Source: an uncultured bacterium (GTDB lineage: Bacteria > Chloroflexota > UBA5177 > JANWHV01). Taken from it: 64,000 bases of DNA. Positions within the stretch are counted from its first letter, which is position 1; every line of letters begins with the position of its first letter. Under the pieces are notes generated by a model. The model was not told the DNA's origin, did no database searches, and saw only the letters and a list, made by a program, of their open reading frames with translations. The stretch is from contig CAVSOU010000011.1 of the NCBI GenBank assembly GCA_963729625.1, positions 1-64,000 on the forward strand, in the 5' to 3' direction. Shown here in pieces: positions 46,536-57,514 of the stretch. Both the position numbers and the translations under genes were made by a program.

Positions 46536-47324
46536 TCATTGCAGGATTTCGCGGGCACTCCTCCCATCATGGATCACCGCTTTGAAGGCGCGAATCGTCT
46601 CGCCGATCCGATCGGATCCCCAGATGTTCCTGCCAATCGTGGCGCCGCGCGCTCCACACTGCACGACGGCTGCCATCATGTTCAGCGCTTCCTCGAGCGT
46701 TGGCGTGGCGGGACCGCCCGCGGCGACGAGTGGTACCGGGCAGTCGGCGACGATCTGCGCATACGCCACTGCATCGCCGCAGTAGGGCGTCTTCACGATG
46801 TCGGCGCCCGCTTCTACCGCGCAGCGCACGGCCCACGCGGTGTCTTCGGGCTCGAAGGACACGGTCGGGGTCCCGCGCATATCGCGCGCATAGATGTGGC
46901 AGATCACCGGCAAATCGAAGCGCTCGGCTGCGCGCACGCAGTCGGCCACCACGCGCAGGTGCGCGGCTTCCGTGTCGCCACGAATGAACGCGGCCACGGC
47001 CACGGCGTCCGCGGCCAGGCGCACCGCGTCTTCGGGTGTCGCGAGCTGTTCACATGCCGTGTCGTCGGCGCGTGCCGCTGTCGTCTGCAGGATCAGCGGG
47101 ATGTGCCCGGCATAGGGCAGCCAGGCCGACTTCGCAATGCCTTTGTGCATGGTGACGGCATCCGGCCGCGCTTCGACAATGGCGTCGAGCGTCCGCATGA
47201 TCTGCCGGAGACCTTTCGGCAGTCCCTCGCCATAGCCGATGAAATGGTCCACGGCAACCGAGCAGAATCGCCCCGAAGGGTGCGAGAACAGCCGGCGTAA
47301 CCGCGCTTGCTTTCCAGTCGTCAT
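46536..47324 (-). CDS. class I aldolase (DhnA/LsrF-like)
   Basis: AVDH, GADIVKT (Schiff-base Lys), AGG, GRNIW. Confidence 0.9.
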   Translation of the reverse strand: MTTGKQARLRRLFSHPSGRFCSVAVDHFIGYGEGLPKGLRQIMRTLDAIVEARPDAVTMHKGIAKSAWLPYAGHIPLILQTTAARADDTACEQLATPEDAVRLAADAVAVAAFIRGDTEAAHLRVVADCVRAAERFDLPVICHIYARDMRGTPTVSFEPEDTAWAVRCAVEAGADIVKTPYCGDAVAYAQIVADCPVPLVAAGGPATPTLEEALNMMAAVVQCGARGATIGRNIWGSDRIGETIRAFKAVIHDGRSAREILQ

Positions 47325-47534
47325 ATCTCTACTCCTGCGCTGTCGCGCAACTGATGCCCGCCAACCATGCTGCGCTCTGCCGGCGGGCGTATCACAGCGC
47401 GGTTCTCGACCCGGTACGATGCCACCAACCGGTCACGCCTCGGACAAAGCGACACCCCGGCACGCGCGACCTGCCGTGTCGGGAGCCGCGCCTGTCCGAG
47501 TACGGGCATGGCGCCGCATGCAGCAATTGCCAGC

Positions 47535-47563
47535 ACAGTAACAGAAGGTACTGAAAGTGTCAA
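47535..47563 (-). promoter_or_regulatory. sigma70 promoter of the leftward catabolic operon
   Basis: TTGACA-17 bp-TACTGT on the minus strand. Confidence 0.65.
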
Positions 47564-47913
47564 GAACGGATTAGGGTGGAGAAAGAAAGGATCACGCTTG
47601 CCTTAATTTTCTGTATACGCGTTACGGTTATTCGGGCGTGACCACGCCAAATTGCTGCTTTAGGCGCGGACAAGGTACGCTGTTTGCTGGTGCCCAAACC
47701 ACGCGACGGTCTTTGATTTGCTGTGTCTCCCCGCCCGGCCGCAGCCGGCGGGCCCACGCCGAAGGTGGGGATCCTCCTTCCTGCCGCAGCAGGAGACGCC
47801 GTGCCATCAATCAAAGTCGGCGGAGGCAAGCACTGGGCTGCGCGGCGCGCCCCGCACGAAGCCGGTCCGTAACCGAAAGCCTCCGAACACGTTACGCCCA
47901 TGAAGCGAAGGTC

Positions 47914-47942
47914 TTGACAAATGCATCGCAAGCCTTTACAGT
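47914..47942 (+). promoter_or_regulatory. sigma70 promoter
   Basis: TTGACA-17 bp-TACAGT. Confidence 0.7.
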
Positions 47943-47973
47943 TGCGGCGTGTTAGGGCAAGGAGTCTTGCGAA

Positions 47974-49248
47974 ATGCTGACGTCACGTGAACGTGTCCAG
48001 CTTGCACTGGCGCATCAGGAGCCCGACCTGGTACCGCTCGACCTTGGCGGCACCACCTCGACCGGCATGCTGGTCAATACCGTCTACCTGCTCCGGCAAG
48101 CCCTCAAACTCGATCCCCCCGGGACACCGGTCAAGGTGACTGACACCTATCATATGTTGGGGGAAATCAAGCCGGACTTGCAGGCGGTGCTTGGCGCCGA
48201 CGTGGTGGAGCTGAGCGTGCCGGCAACGCGCTTCGGCGACACGAGCACTGGTTGGAAGGAGTGGACCGCGTTCGACGGCACTCCCACGCTCGTCCCTGCC
48301 GGCTTCAACACCAAGCGTGAGGCGGACGGCAGCATTCTCATGTACCCCGGGGGGGACCCGTCGGTCCAGCCGTCGGCGCGTATGCCGCAGGGAGGCTGGT
48401 ACTTCGACGCCATTGAGCGACAGCAGCCCATCGACGAGGAGCACCTCAGCGTCGACGACAATCTGGAAGAATACACGCTCATCTCGCAGCAAGATCTCGA
48501 CTATCTCGGCCGCGAAGCCGAGCGTTTGTCCCACACCGGCAAGGCCGTCATGGGCGCGTTCGGCGGCACAAGCTTTGGCAATGTCGTCCGTGTCGTGGGC
48601 ATGGGACTCAAGCAGCCCAAAGGCATCCGCAGCGTTGCGGAGTGGTACATCAGTCTGAGCGGGCGGCGCGAGTTTGTCTACGAGCTCTTCGACCGCCAGT
48701 GCGCGCTGTCCCTGCGGAACCTGGAGCGGATCCACCAGGCGGTGGGTGAGCGTATCGATCTCGTCTTTCTCACGGGCACCGATTTCGGGGCGCAGAACGG
48801 CCCGCTCGTGTCGCCGCGAACGTACCATGACCTGTTCCTGCCGTTTCACGCGCGGCTGAATGCATGGGTGCACGCGCATACGACGTGGAAGACGTTCATG
48901 CACTCCTGCGGCTCCGTCTGGCGCTTGCTCGACGACATTGTCGACGCCGGATTCGACGCGATCAATCCGATCCAGACTTCGGCGGCAGGCATGGATCCGG
49001 GCGCGATCAAGGCCAGGTACGGCAGCCGCGTGACCCTCTGGGGCGGTGGCGTCGATACGCAGCACACGCTGCCGTTTGGCACGCCCGAGGACATACGGGC
49101 GATGGTAAAAGAACGCATGCAGGTTTTTGGTCCTGGCGGCGGCTACGTGTTCAGCACGATTCACAACGTGCAGGCAGGCATCCCAGTCGAGAACGTGCTG
49201 GCATTGTATCGCGCGGTCAATGACTGTCGGAGATATCCGCTGGCGTAG
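47974..49248 (+). CDS. URO-D/MtaA-CmuA superfamily protein
   Basis: MLTSRERV..AL.HQEPD.VP, TDFGAQ, HSCG, LWGGGVDTQ, GGGYVF..IHN. Confidence 0.9.
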   Translation: MLTSRERVQLALAHQEPDLVPLDLGGTTSTGMLVNTVYLLRQALKLDPPGTPVKVTDTYHMLGEIKPDLQAVLGADVVELSVPATRFGDTSTGWKEWTAFDGTPTLVPAGFNTKREADGSILMYPGGDPSVQPSARMPQGGWYFDAIERQQPIDEEHLSVDDNLEEYTLISQQDLDYLGREAERLSHTGKAVMGAFGGTSFGNVVRVVGMGLKQPKGIRSVAEWYISLSGRREFVYELFDRQCALSLRNLERIHQAVGERIDLVFLTGTDFGAQNGPLVSPRTYHDLFLPFHARLNAWVHAHTTWKTFMHSCGSVWRLLDDIVDAGFDAINPIQTSAAGMDPGAIKARYGSRVTLWGGGVDTQHTLPFGTPEDIRAMVKERMQVFGPGGGYVFSTIHNVQAGIPVENVLALYRAVNDCRRYPLA

Positions 49249-49263
49249 TGGGGGCTCAGAACG

Positions 49264-50052
49264 ATGACCACACCAGAGGCCGTCAGACCGCTCCTGACGA
49301 CGGAGCGGCGAGAGCGAATCAGCGCTCTCGTGCAACAGCGCGGCGTGGTGCGCGTGAGAGAGCTGAGCGACCTCTTCCACGTGTCCGAAGTGACGATTCG
49401 CAACGACCTCGACGCCATGGCCAACGAAGGGCGGCTGCAGCGCAACCGGGGCGGGGCCGTGGCTGTTGCCTCGCCCAGCCTGATCGTCGCGTTCGAACAG
49501 CGCGCCGGCGTGAACCTCGAAGCGAAACGCCGCATTGGCCGGGCCGCCGCCGCCCTGGTGCGGCCACACGATCGCATCATTCTGGATTCCGGCACGACAG
49601 TCATGGAGATGGCGAAGTGCCTCTACGACCACGGTCCGATCACGGTGGTCACGAATGCGCTGAACGTCGCCACGCAGGTCGGGGTTGGCCTGGACGTCGA
49701 CGTGGTGGTCGCGGGCGGGTCCCTGCACCGGGGCAACATCTGCACGTTTGGCCCGCAGGCAGAGCGCGGGCTGGCCGATGTGGTGGTGAACAAGGCCTTC
49801 CTGGGCACCTACGCACTGGACCCCGATGTGGGCCTCACCGATCTGTCCATCGAGCTTGCATCGGTCAAGCAGGCCATGACCCGCGCCGCACGTCAGGTGA
49901 TCCTGCTGGCCGACTCCAGCAAGTGGGGCACGGTCGGTTTTGCAAAGGTCCTCCCTCTCTCCGGGGTGCACACGTTCGTATCGGATACGAACCTGCCTAC
50001 CTCGGCGCGCGCCGCAATGGAACGCCTCGGCATCGAAGTGCTGCTGGTCTAG
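49264..50052 (+). CDS. DeoR/GlpR transcriptional regulator
   Basis: VSEVTIRNDL, RNRGGA, LDSGTT, LADSSK. Confidence 0.93.
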   Translation: MTTPEAVRPLLTTERRERISALVQQRGVVRVRELSDLFHVSEVTIRNDLDAMANEGRLQRNRGGAVAVASPSLIVAFEQRAGVNLEAKRRIGRAAAALVRPHDRIILDSGTTVMEMAKCLYDHGPITVVTNALNVATQVGVGLDVDVVVAGGSLHRGNICTFGPQAERGLADVVVNKAFLGTYALDPDVGLTDLSIELASVKQAMTRAARQVILLADSSKWGTVGFAKVLPLSGVHTFVSDTNLPTSARAAMERLGIEVLLV

Positions 50053-50069
50053 TGCGCCGAGCCACGTCA

Positions 50070-50128
50070 GTGGGTCAAGTGCGTTGCTCATGGCCGTTGC
50101 CGTATCTGAGACTCCGGCCTATCAGGCC
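50070..50128. repeat. MITE/REP-like element, partial copy 2
   Basis: GTGGGTCAAGTGCGTTGCTCA...TGAGACTCCGGCCT.TCAGGCC shared with 5298-5358. Confidence 0.65.
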
Positions 50129-50469
50129 TCAACGTTGCCCACAAATCGCCTGCTGGAGAACGAGGCCGTAACACTTCCTCGGCGGCGCCCACAGACGCGC
50201 GAAGCAGGGCCATGCTACAATTCGGGAGCGCGCCCAAGGCTGAGCGCCGCCTCCGTGCGTCGCATGGGGGCTACGGCTAGTATTAGGGCCTGTGGGTAGG
50301 TACAAGTCTCGTGTGCCTCCGCCCGACAAGATAGGCATCGCTGATGCAGCCCACCGGTCTCTACCTGACCGGTGCGTCGTTGTACCCATGAAGTTGTTGC
50401 AAGCAGGCCCGACTTGGGACTGGGGAGGTGCCGTGTATGGACAGCAGGTCGCGATCACATGGCCCTACG

Positions 50470-51435
50470 ATGAAGTGTCAAGAGGACAATTCAGCGGGCG
50501 TGCGGGAGTTTGTGCGGCGCTCTCTTTGTCCCGCCTGTGAGTCGGATGGCGCGAAGATCCTCTATCAGTCCTCGTACGACCATGGACCCGTTTTCGACAT
50601 GCTCTCGAAATACTACTCGAGGCCATGGGAACCACAGTACCTGCGTGGGGCGACCTACTGCCTGGCGCGGTGCCGCTCCTGCCGGCTGGTGTATCAGGTT
50701 GATGTGCCGTCCGACGAGTTGTTAAGCAGAATCTATGAGCACTGGATCTCAGACGATCCGGTGAGAGATGTACGTCTCCGGTGGAGCGGTGGCGAGAATA
50801 GCTATGCGTATGACTTCCAGGAGATAACCGCCGCCATCAGCGTCCTGGGTGGGAGACCCTGGGAGATGAAATTCCTCGATTTTGGCATGGGTTGGGGTGA
50901 GTGGTGTCATCTTGCTCTCAGTTGTGGGGTTGAGGCGTTCGGATCAGAGCTGTCTTGTGCACGAATCATGCACGCCCAGCGAAAGGGAATCTGTACCGTC
51001 ACCTGGGACGAGATTCCCAGTCACGAGTTTGACATGATTAACTCCGAACAGGTATTTGAACACCTCGTGGAACCGCTCCTCGTCCTCCGTCACTTGGCCC
51101 TAGCGCTGAAGCCACACGGGCTCCTCAGGATAGCAGTACCGAATGGCGAGGATGTCGAGCGCCGACTACGCGTGGGGAACTGGACCGCGGCGCGAGGCAG
51201 TAGAAACAGCCTGCACTGCGTGCACCCGCTCGAGCACATCAACTGCTTCAGCCGACATTCACTTGTTCGGATGGCAGCGTTAGCTGGCCTGAAGCCGTTT
51301 GCCATTCCACTCAACGTTCAGTATTTCAGGAGTATGGCGTGGACATCTGGAAAGCGCATGGTTCGGAACCTTGCTCGCCCGCTGTACCGTAGCTTGCTGC
51401 ACCGGGGCACCTGCGTGTTCTTCGTGCGGTCCTAG
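50470..51435 (+). CDS. class I SAM-dependent methyltransferase with N-terminal CxxC pairs
   Basis: CPAC...CRSC, FLDFGMGWG, VFEHL..P, IAVPN, EHINCF. Confidence 0.85.
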   Translation: MKCQEDNSAGVREFVRRSLCPACESDGAKILYQSSYDHGPVFDMLSKYYSRPWEPQYLRGATYCLARCRSCRLVYQVDVPSDELLSRIYEHWISDDPVRDVRLRWSGGENSYAYDFQEITAAISVLGGRPWEMKFLDFGMGWGEWCHLALSCGVEAFGSELSCARIMHAQRKGICTVTWDEIPSHEFDMINSEQVFEHLVEPLLVLRHLALALKPHGLLRIAVPNGEDVERRLRVGNWTAARGSRNSLHCVHPLEHINCFSRHSLVRMAALAGLKPFAIPLNVQYFRSMAWTSGKRMVRNLARPLYRSLLHRGTCVFFVRS

Positions 51436-51874
51436 CTCGCGGAAAGCTTGTCGTCCTTGCGCTATATGTTCACATCACCAGCGCGTCGTCCTGCAGGTGT
51501 ACCCCGTCGATACTCCGCCGGCCGTGTCCACCTGCAGCATGCTCGGTGTAAGGGAAAGGGCTGAAGCCCGGGGCGTCGTCACCAAGCGCCGGTCATCACG
51601 ACCCAGGCTCGCAGTTCACCGTTCTGGCTGCATCCGCAGCTCGTGGCGAAACGTGGGTAAAGATAAGGCCTTCAGGCCCGGGTACCCGCTCGCTCTCAAG
51701 GGTCGGTATCGCATCGGAATGGGTGGATCCTCTGGGAAACCTACCCCTGTGAGGTACCCGCTCGGGGGTGCGGAGCACACGGGAGCGGGTCGTACCCTCA
51801 CCTGCTCGCCCCGGGGCACCTGCGTGCGCGTCGTCGGTCGCGCCTCCAGGCTGCCCCTGGTGGCAACCTCTCGG

Positions 51875-52678
51875 CTATTCGACGCCGCGCAGGACGGCAG
51901 CAGGGTCGATGCCGCGCAGCATCATGCCCTGGCCGCGTGACAAATGTGTCTGTATCGTGGGCGGATCGAGCGGGTCGCGCATCTGAACCAGCACGGTGGT
52001 TCGCGCCTCGGAGCTGACGTTGATGCCGGAACCGTGAATGGTAAGGTAGCTGAAGAACAGCACGTCGCCTGCCTTCGCCGGGCAAGGGACCGCCAGGGTC
52101 AGTGGGTACCTATCCAGCGGCAGGTGCCAGTTTCCCTCCGGAATGTGCTCCAGTGGCCCCAGCTTATGACTGCCCGGCACCATGCACACGCAGCCCTTCT
52201 CCACCGGCGCATCGTCGAAATGGACTATCGCCGCGATCATGCTGTGTCGCTCGTGCGGGAAGAAGGGGTGGTCCTGATGCAGCGGAAAGGGTGACCCCTT
52301 TTCGGGTGGCTTGATGAACATCTTGGTGTGGTGCAGTTGCACGTTCGGACTGCCGATCAGCGCCGCGGCGACGCCGGTCAGCCGCTCGTCTACGATCAGC
52401 CGGCTGAACGCGGCCGAGTAGAACTGCACATTATGGCAGCCGAGCAGCATCGTGGTGCCCTGGCCGCCGCCTGCTGCTTGAGCGCTTTGCCAGGTACTCT
52501 CCAGCGACGCATTTGCCGAGAGTCGCCGTGCCAGGTCGTGGCACTCCCCGCGATACGTCTCGGCTTCCCCACGTGTGAGGAGTCCCTCCACCAGCACGTA
52601 GCCGTTCTCGCGATAGAACGTGCTCTGGTCCGTGCTCAGGGCAGACTGTGCCGTCATCACCATCGGTCGCTCCTTCAC
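51875..52678 (-). CDS. PhyH-family Fe(II)/2-oxoglutarate dioxygenase
   Basis: ENGYV, LHQD, PGSH, IHGS...R. Confidence 0.9.
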   Translation of the reverse strand: MKERPMVMTAQSALSTDQSTFYRENGYVLVEGLLTRGEAETYRGECHDLARRLSANASLESTWQSAQAAGGGQGTTMLLGCHNVQFYSAAFSRLIVDERLTGVAAALIGSPNVQLHHTKMFIKPPEKGSPFPLHQDHPFFPHERHSMIAAIVHFDDAPVEKGCVCMVPGSHKLGPLEHIPEGNWHLPLDRYPLTLAVPCPAKAGDVLFFSYLTIHGSGINVSSEARTTVLVQMRDPLDPPTIQTHLSRGQGMMLRGIDPAAVLRGVE

Positions 52679-53014
52679 TCCAAGGCATGTAGGTACTCTG
52701 CGTTCGCAGCCGCTATCTCATTTATACGTTACTCACGAATATTCTGAAGACCGCGGCTTGGCGATGTAGTGAGCCCCCCTCTCCGCCGTACAGGCCAAGC
52801 CCGCAGCACCGCCTCCGACAAGGTGCGTTGACCGTATCACATTGCCGGAATTCGGTTGTGATACGCGGTCGACAAACCCGGCGTTCACTTCGATACGGGC
52901 GAGAGACGCCATGGCTTGTCTTTGCACGGAAGGCAAACGCCTGGTTTGAGCGCACAGGAAGGAAATGGAAAGCAATCGCAATCCAGAAGATGATATTTCG
53001 GCAGTCTCAGATAG

Positions 53015-53043
53015 TTGACTCCTTCAAATACTTGTGTTATTGT
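53015..53043 (+). promoter_or_regulatory. putative sigma70 promoter
   Basis: TTGACT-17 bp-TATTGT. Confidence 0.5.
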
Positions 53044-53334
53044 TCCGCCATCAGGTGCTGCTGAGGAGCAAACCCTGTGGGAGTAGAGACTGCATCGCGA
53101 CCCGATCTGTGGTTGGAAAGGAGGTAGTGGTTCCTCGCCCGGCGGCTCGGATGCACCATTGCCGTGCGCAGCGGACCTTGACCGTCGGGCGCCTTAACGC
53201 ACTATGCGGGGTAGGGGTGACCGGTTACGGGTGCCTGGGTTGATGGGGCGGACGAGGCGGATACTGACACAGCGCGGCGCTGCGCGGCTGCGAATTCATC
53301 AAAGAGCATGACACTCTGTGTGAAGGAGTTGGCC

Positions 53335-54351
53335 ATGAAATTCGCTATCTCGAATGTGATGAAAATCCGAAAGCGTGGGGCGTTCAGGGGCCTGCTCCTG
53401 GCCTCCCTGATCGTCGTGCCGTCGGTAGTAACGAGCTCGACTGCCCCGACAGCGACTCACGCGGCGGGCAAGATCAAGATCGTGTACGTGAATCCGCTGC
53501 CCTCCACGCCTGACTGGGGACGGTCCGGCCGCTACTTCCAGCAAGCCGCGGCGAAGCTCGGGTACCAGGCGACCGTCGTCGGCCCCAACACGTTCGACAT
53601 TCCGGCCATGATCACGGATATTCAGGATGCGATTGCCGCGAAGGCCGACGTTATTATGACATGCGCCTGCACGGGCGGCGCGTTCGACGCCGTTCTTAAG
53701 AAGGCGCGCGCGGCCGGAATCGTCACGGTCACGATTGCCGCCGATAGCGGTCCGAACACCCGCGACGTGTTCCTGGGCACCAATTACCCGAAGCTCGCTC
53801 GCGATGCGGCCATGGCGTTCGTAAAGAAGATGAACGGTAAGGCGAACATCGGGCTTGTACAAACGGACGGCACGACGCCGAATCAGGTTGCTGAGGTCAG
53901 TGCCTTCAAGGCGGCGCTGAAGCCCTATCCGAATATGAAGGTCGTGGCCGCCGTCTACGACAACAGCGACGCAGCTATAGCGGCGCCCAAGATGTCGCAG
54001 ATGCTCATTGCCCATCCTGAAATCAACGCCATCTGGACGGTCGAAGGCGCGGCGCCCGGCGTGGCGGAAAGCGTGCTCAAGCAGGCTGGAAAGAAGCCCG
54101 GTGATGTAGCGGTCCTGGGCATCGACCTCCAGGTGCCGGTCAAGATTGCGATTCAGCAGGGCTGGATCTGGGCCACGCAGTATCAGCAATTCTTTGATGC
54201 TACGCCCCTGGCCGCCAAGTGCGCGATCGACATCAAGGAAGGCAAGAAGATAAAGAGCAGCGTGATCGATACCGGCTCGCTCTTCATTACCAAGAACAAC
54301 ATTCCAGCCAATCTTCCGCCCAAGGACGAGGTCTTGCCGAACGCATGCTAG
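53335..54351 (+). CDS. RbsB-like sugar ABC substrate-binding protein
   Basis: AAGGAG SD, signal peptide, IQDAIA, FLGTN, HPEINAI, IDTG. Confidence 0.88.
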   Translation: MKFAISNVMKIRKRGAFRGLLLASLIVVPSVVTSSTAPTATHAAGKIKIVYVNPLPSTPDWGRSGRYFQQAAAKLGYQATVVGPNTFDIPAMITDIQDAIAAKADVIMTCACTGGAFDAVLKKARAAGIVTVTIAADSGPNTRDVFLGTNYPKLARDAAMAFVKKMNGKANIGLVQTDGTTPNQVAEVSAFKAALKPYPNMKVVAAVYDNSDAAIAAPKMSQMLIAHPEINAIWTVEGAAPGVAESVLKQAGKKPGDVAVLGIDLQVPVKIAIQQGWIWATQYQQFFDATPLAAKCAIDIKEGKKIKSSVIDTGSLFITKNNIPANLPPKDEVLPNAC

Positions 54352-54414
54352 TCACGCGATCTAGAGGTACACTCCGGTCAATGCAGTGACCTGAACCGGA
54401 TTTCTCGGTAGGTA

Positions 54415-54447
54415 CGTGGAGTGCGGGAGCACAACCCGCACTCCACG
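54415..54447 (+). promoter_or_regulatory. intercistronic stem-loop after the SBP gene
   Basis: CGTGGAGTGCGGG ... CCCGCACTCCACG. Confidence 0.65.
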
Positions 54448-54494
54448 CCTGCCGTAAGTGGTTGGATGAGTTTAGCAGCACAGGGACTTGATGC

Positions 54495-55244
54495 ATGACG
54501 CCGCCAGGCGATCTTGTCTTGCGCACGACGGGTATATCGAAATCCTTCGGACCGGTGGTCGCGCTCCGTGATGTAGACCTGGAGGCGTACTACGGTGAGA
54601 TCCTTGCCCTCGTGGGCGACAACGGAGCGGGCAAATCGACGCTCGTGAAGGTGCTCGCCGGTATTCACAAGCAGGATGCAGGAGAGCTTCGCATCGATGG
54701 CAAGGTTGTGAACTTCAGCGATCCAATTGCCGCGCGCGCGGCTGGAATTGCCACGGTGTTTCAGAACCTTGCGCTTGTCGAATGCCTCGACGTTGCCCGC
54801 AACGTGTATCTGGGGCGCGAGCCTACTGTAGGGCCGTTTGTGCAGCAGCGACTGATGGTCCGCGAGGCAGCCGAGAGCTTGCGCAGGCTGAAGATCAATG
54901 TGCCCTCGGTCCGTACGACGGTGGGCTTGCTGTCCGGCGGCCAGCGGCAGGGCGTTGCCATCGCTCGAGCCGTGGCGCAGGGGGGCAGGATCATCATCAT
55001 GGACGAGCCGACGGCGGCGCTCGGGGTGCAGGAGACCCATCGCGTCGAGGAGATCATTCGAGAGCTGCGGGATCAGGGGCACGCGGTGATCGTCGTCAGT
55101 CACGACCTGGAACTTGTGTTCCGCATCTCCGACCGCATTCAGGTCCTGCGCTTGGGCCGGCGTGCGGGCGTGGTAATGACGCGAGAGACGACCCGCGCCC
55201 AGGTGGTAGAGCTGATCACCGGCGTTAGAGCGGAGGCATCCTGA
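54495..55244 (+). CDS. sugar ABC ATP-binding protein (single domain)
   Basis: GDNGAGKS, LSGGQRQ, MDEPTAALG, SH. Confidence 0.94.
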   Translation: MTPPGDLVLRTTGISKSFGPVVALRDVDLEAYYGEILALVGDNGAGKSTLVKVLAGIHKQDAGELRIDGKVVNFSDPIAARAAGIATVFQNLALVECLDVARNVYLGREPTVGPFVQQRLMVREAAESLRRLKINVPSVRTTVGLLSGGQRQGVAIARAVAQGGRIIIMDEPTAALGVQETHRVEEIIRELRDQGHAVIVVSHDLELVFRISDRIQVLRLGRRAGVVMTRETTRAQVVELITGVRAEAS

Positions 55245-56350
55245 TGCCGCCCGACGATGTGCCGGGAGCCGCCGTACTGCCCCCCACTGATTCAGACCCC
55301 GCGCCGTACACGGACGGAATCGTGCCGCGGAGCCTGACCCACGTTGCTTCAATCACGCCGGCCGGCAGCCGGTGGCAGACCTTCGTGCGGACATCGCCTG
55401 AACGAATACTTCAGAATCCCCAATCCGGCATGGTGCTGGCTCTGATTGTCTTCTCGGCTATCATCGCGTCGCGGAACTCGCTGTTCCTGTCTCACGCCAA
55501 TATCATCGAGATCCTCCGTTCGTCGGTGTACATCTTCATCATCGGTGTGGCCGCAACCTTCGTCTTCGTCTCCGGTGGGCTGGATCTATCGGTCGGCTCG
55601 GTCTTCGCCGTCGGGTCGATCGGCACAGGGTACATGCTCGTGCACGGCGTGCCTGCCGTGTTGGCGATCCTGATCGGCATAGGCTTCGGTGCGCTCACCG
55701 GCGTGATCAACGGCGTCATCATCGTCTATTTCGGCATTCCGCCTCTGATTACCACCCTCGGAATGCTCTACGTGGCCAGAGGCGTGATCACGGTGGTCAC
55801 CGGCGGCGTGCCTCTGTACCCGTTCCCGGACCAGTTCAACCAGATTGGCGAAGGCGATCTCTGGGGCATCCCGTACCTGGTGATCTATGCCGTGGTCATC
55901 GGCATTCTTGGTCATGTGATTCTGGAGTACACGCGTTTTGGCTTCGACGTGCGCGCGACGGGCGGCAACCACGAAGCAGCGCGGTCGACCGGCATCAGGG
56001 TGAACCGCGTCTCGATGACGGTCTATATCGCGAGCGGCATTTCCGCCAGCTTCGCGGGCATGCTTCTGGCAAGCCAGCTTGGTTCCGGACAGCCAAGTGT
56101 CGGTCAGGGCATGGAATTGCAGGTCATTGCCGGCGTGATCATCGGAGGTACAAGCCTCTTTGGCGGCATAGGCAGCATTATCGGGACCGCCCTCGGCGCC
56201 CTGCTTCTGGCCGTGATCACCGACGGGCTGGTCATGCTGAGCCTTGACCCCTCGTACCAGAACATCGTCGTCGGCGTGGTTATCGTGATCGCCGTGGGTC
56301 TGGACCGTTTGCGGCGGCTTCGGATGTGGAAGCGTGGAGTCACGCAGTAG
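55244..56350 (+). CDS. RbsC-like ABC permease
   Basis: GGLDLSVG, TRFG....GGN.EAA..TGI, IGGTSLFGG. Confidence 0.93.
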   Translation: MPPDDVPGAAVLPPTDSDPAPYTDGIVPRSLTHVASITPAGSRWQTFVRTSPERILQNPQSGMVLALIVFSAIIASRNSLFLSHANIIEILRSSVYIFIIGVAATFVFVSGGLDLSVGSVFAVGSIGTGYMLVHGVPAVLAILIGIGFGALTGVINGVIIVYFGIPPLITTLGMLYVARGVITVVTGGVPLYPFPDQFNQIGEGDLWGIPYLVIYAVVIGILGHVILEYTRFGFDVRATGGNHEAARSTGIRVNRVSMTVYIASGISASFAGMLLASQLGSGQPSVGQGMELQVIAGVIIGGTSLFGGIGSIIGTALGALLLAVITDGLVMLSLDPSYQNIVVGVVIVIAVGLDRLRRLRMWKRGVTQ

Positions 56351-57513
56351 CCTGGGCCTCACTGCCGCGGAGCACGCGGATTTCCAGCGACTGTTCTCGG
56401 CGCGCCTGGATCGGGTAAAGGCGACGACCGCTGATATGTTCGCCTTCAGGCAGCTCGATCGGCCGCCTTTCTGCGTGAACGGCGCCTGGTACTCGCTCTT
56501 CGGCCAGGATAGCCATACTGTCCCCGAAGCACTATTTCGAAGACCCTGCCGTCATGACGAGCTTCCAGGAGCGCTCGTACTACGAACAGGTCCGGGACGT
56601 GGCCGACGATTTTGTGCCGTATCTGGTGCCGTGGCTTGGCACTGCCGTGGTTGCATCGGCATTTGGCGGTCGTGTCGAGTTTCTGCCCAGGCAGGATCCT
56701 GCCACCGACCCGCGCTCCTACCCGGTCGCGACGCCGGAGGATGTCCGGCGGCTGCGAATTCCCGATCCCGAGATGGACGGCTTGATGCCGCGGGTGCTTC
56801 GCCTGCAACGCTACATGGTGGAGAACAGTTTCCTTCCGGTCGGCATAACCGATCTGCAAGGCCCGCTGACGACGGCGAATCAGCTCATGGGCTATGACCG
56901 TCTCATCTACCTGATGGCGGACGAGCCCCTCGCGGCGCATGAGCTCCTGGAGAAGATCACGGAGGCGCTCATACGCTGGGTAAAAGCGCAGAAGGCTGTC
57001 ATCGGCGAAACACTCACCGAGTGCATTGGCGATCAACTCGTCTATACGGGAAGTAACGCGGGCGTGTGGCTCGCCGACGACGACGCCGTGATCATGTCCC
57101 CGAAATACTATCGCGAGTTCGTCGTTCCTTATAACTCGCGATTGCTGCGGGAGTTCGGCGGCGGCTGCTTGCACTTCTGTGGCGCTGCGTGCCACCAGAC
57201 CGACAACTTCCTGGCCACCGATGGTCTTCGAGCGATCAACGTCTACACTTTGCACAATGCTCGCGCGTTTCGAGAGCTCAAGGAGAGGCTTGAGGGCCGG
57301 ATCGTGCTATTTGCCTGCGACTATGCGCCGCTTGAGCACCGGAGCTACTTCCGCGATCTGCTCGACGATCTCTCGCTCAGAGGCCTGGCAATTAACCTCC
57401 ACTATTCCCCCATTGTCGCCCTGTTGCCCGGTGGCAGATACGAAGCCGTGCAACGAGATATGCGTTCGGGTCGAGATGCGGTGTACACGTATTTGCATCG
57501 GCGCTTCGGCTGA
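56334..57513 (+). CDS. divergent URO-D superfamily protein (frameshift near 56535)
   Basis: DLQGPL, LADDDA..MSP..Y.EF..PY, LHFCG. Confidence 0.75.
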
Positions 57514-57514
57514 G

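Noticed and set aside
47983-50091. 702-aa minus-strand ORF and similar long shadow ORFs (27280-29046, 34173-35927)
   Set aside because: Antisense shadows of well-supported genes, expected at high GC
53118-53243. leader peptide after AAGGAGGT
   Set aside because: SD-to-start spacing is 1 nt and the peptide has no telling features
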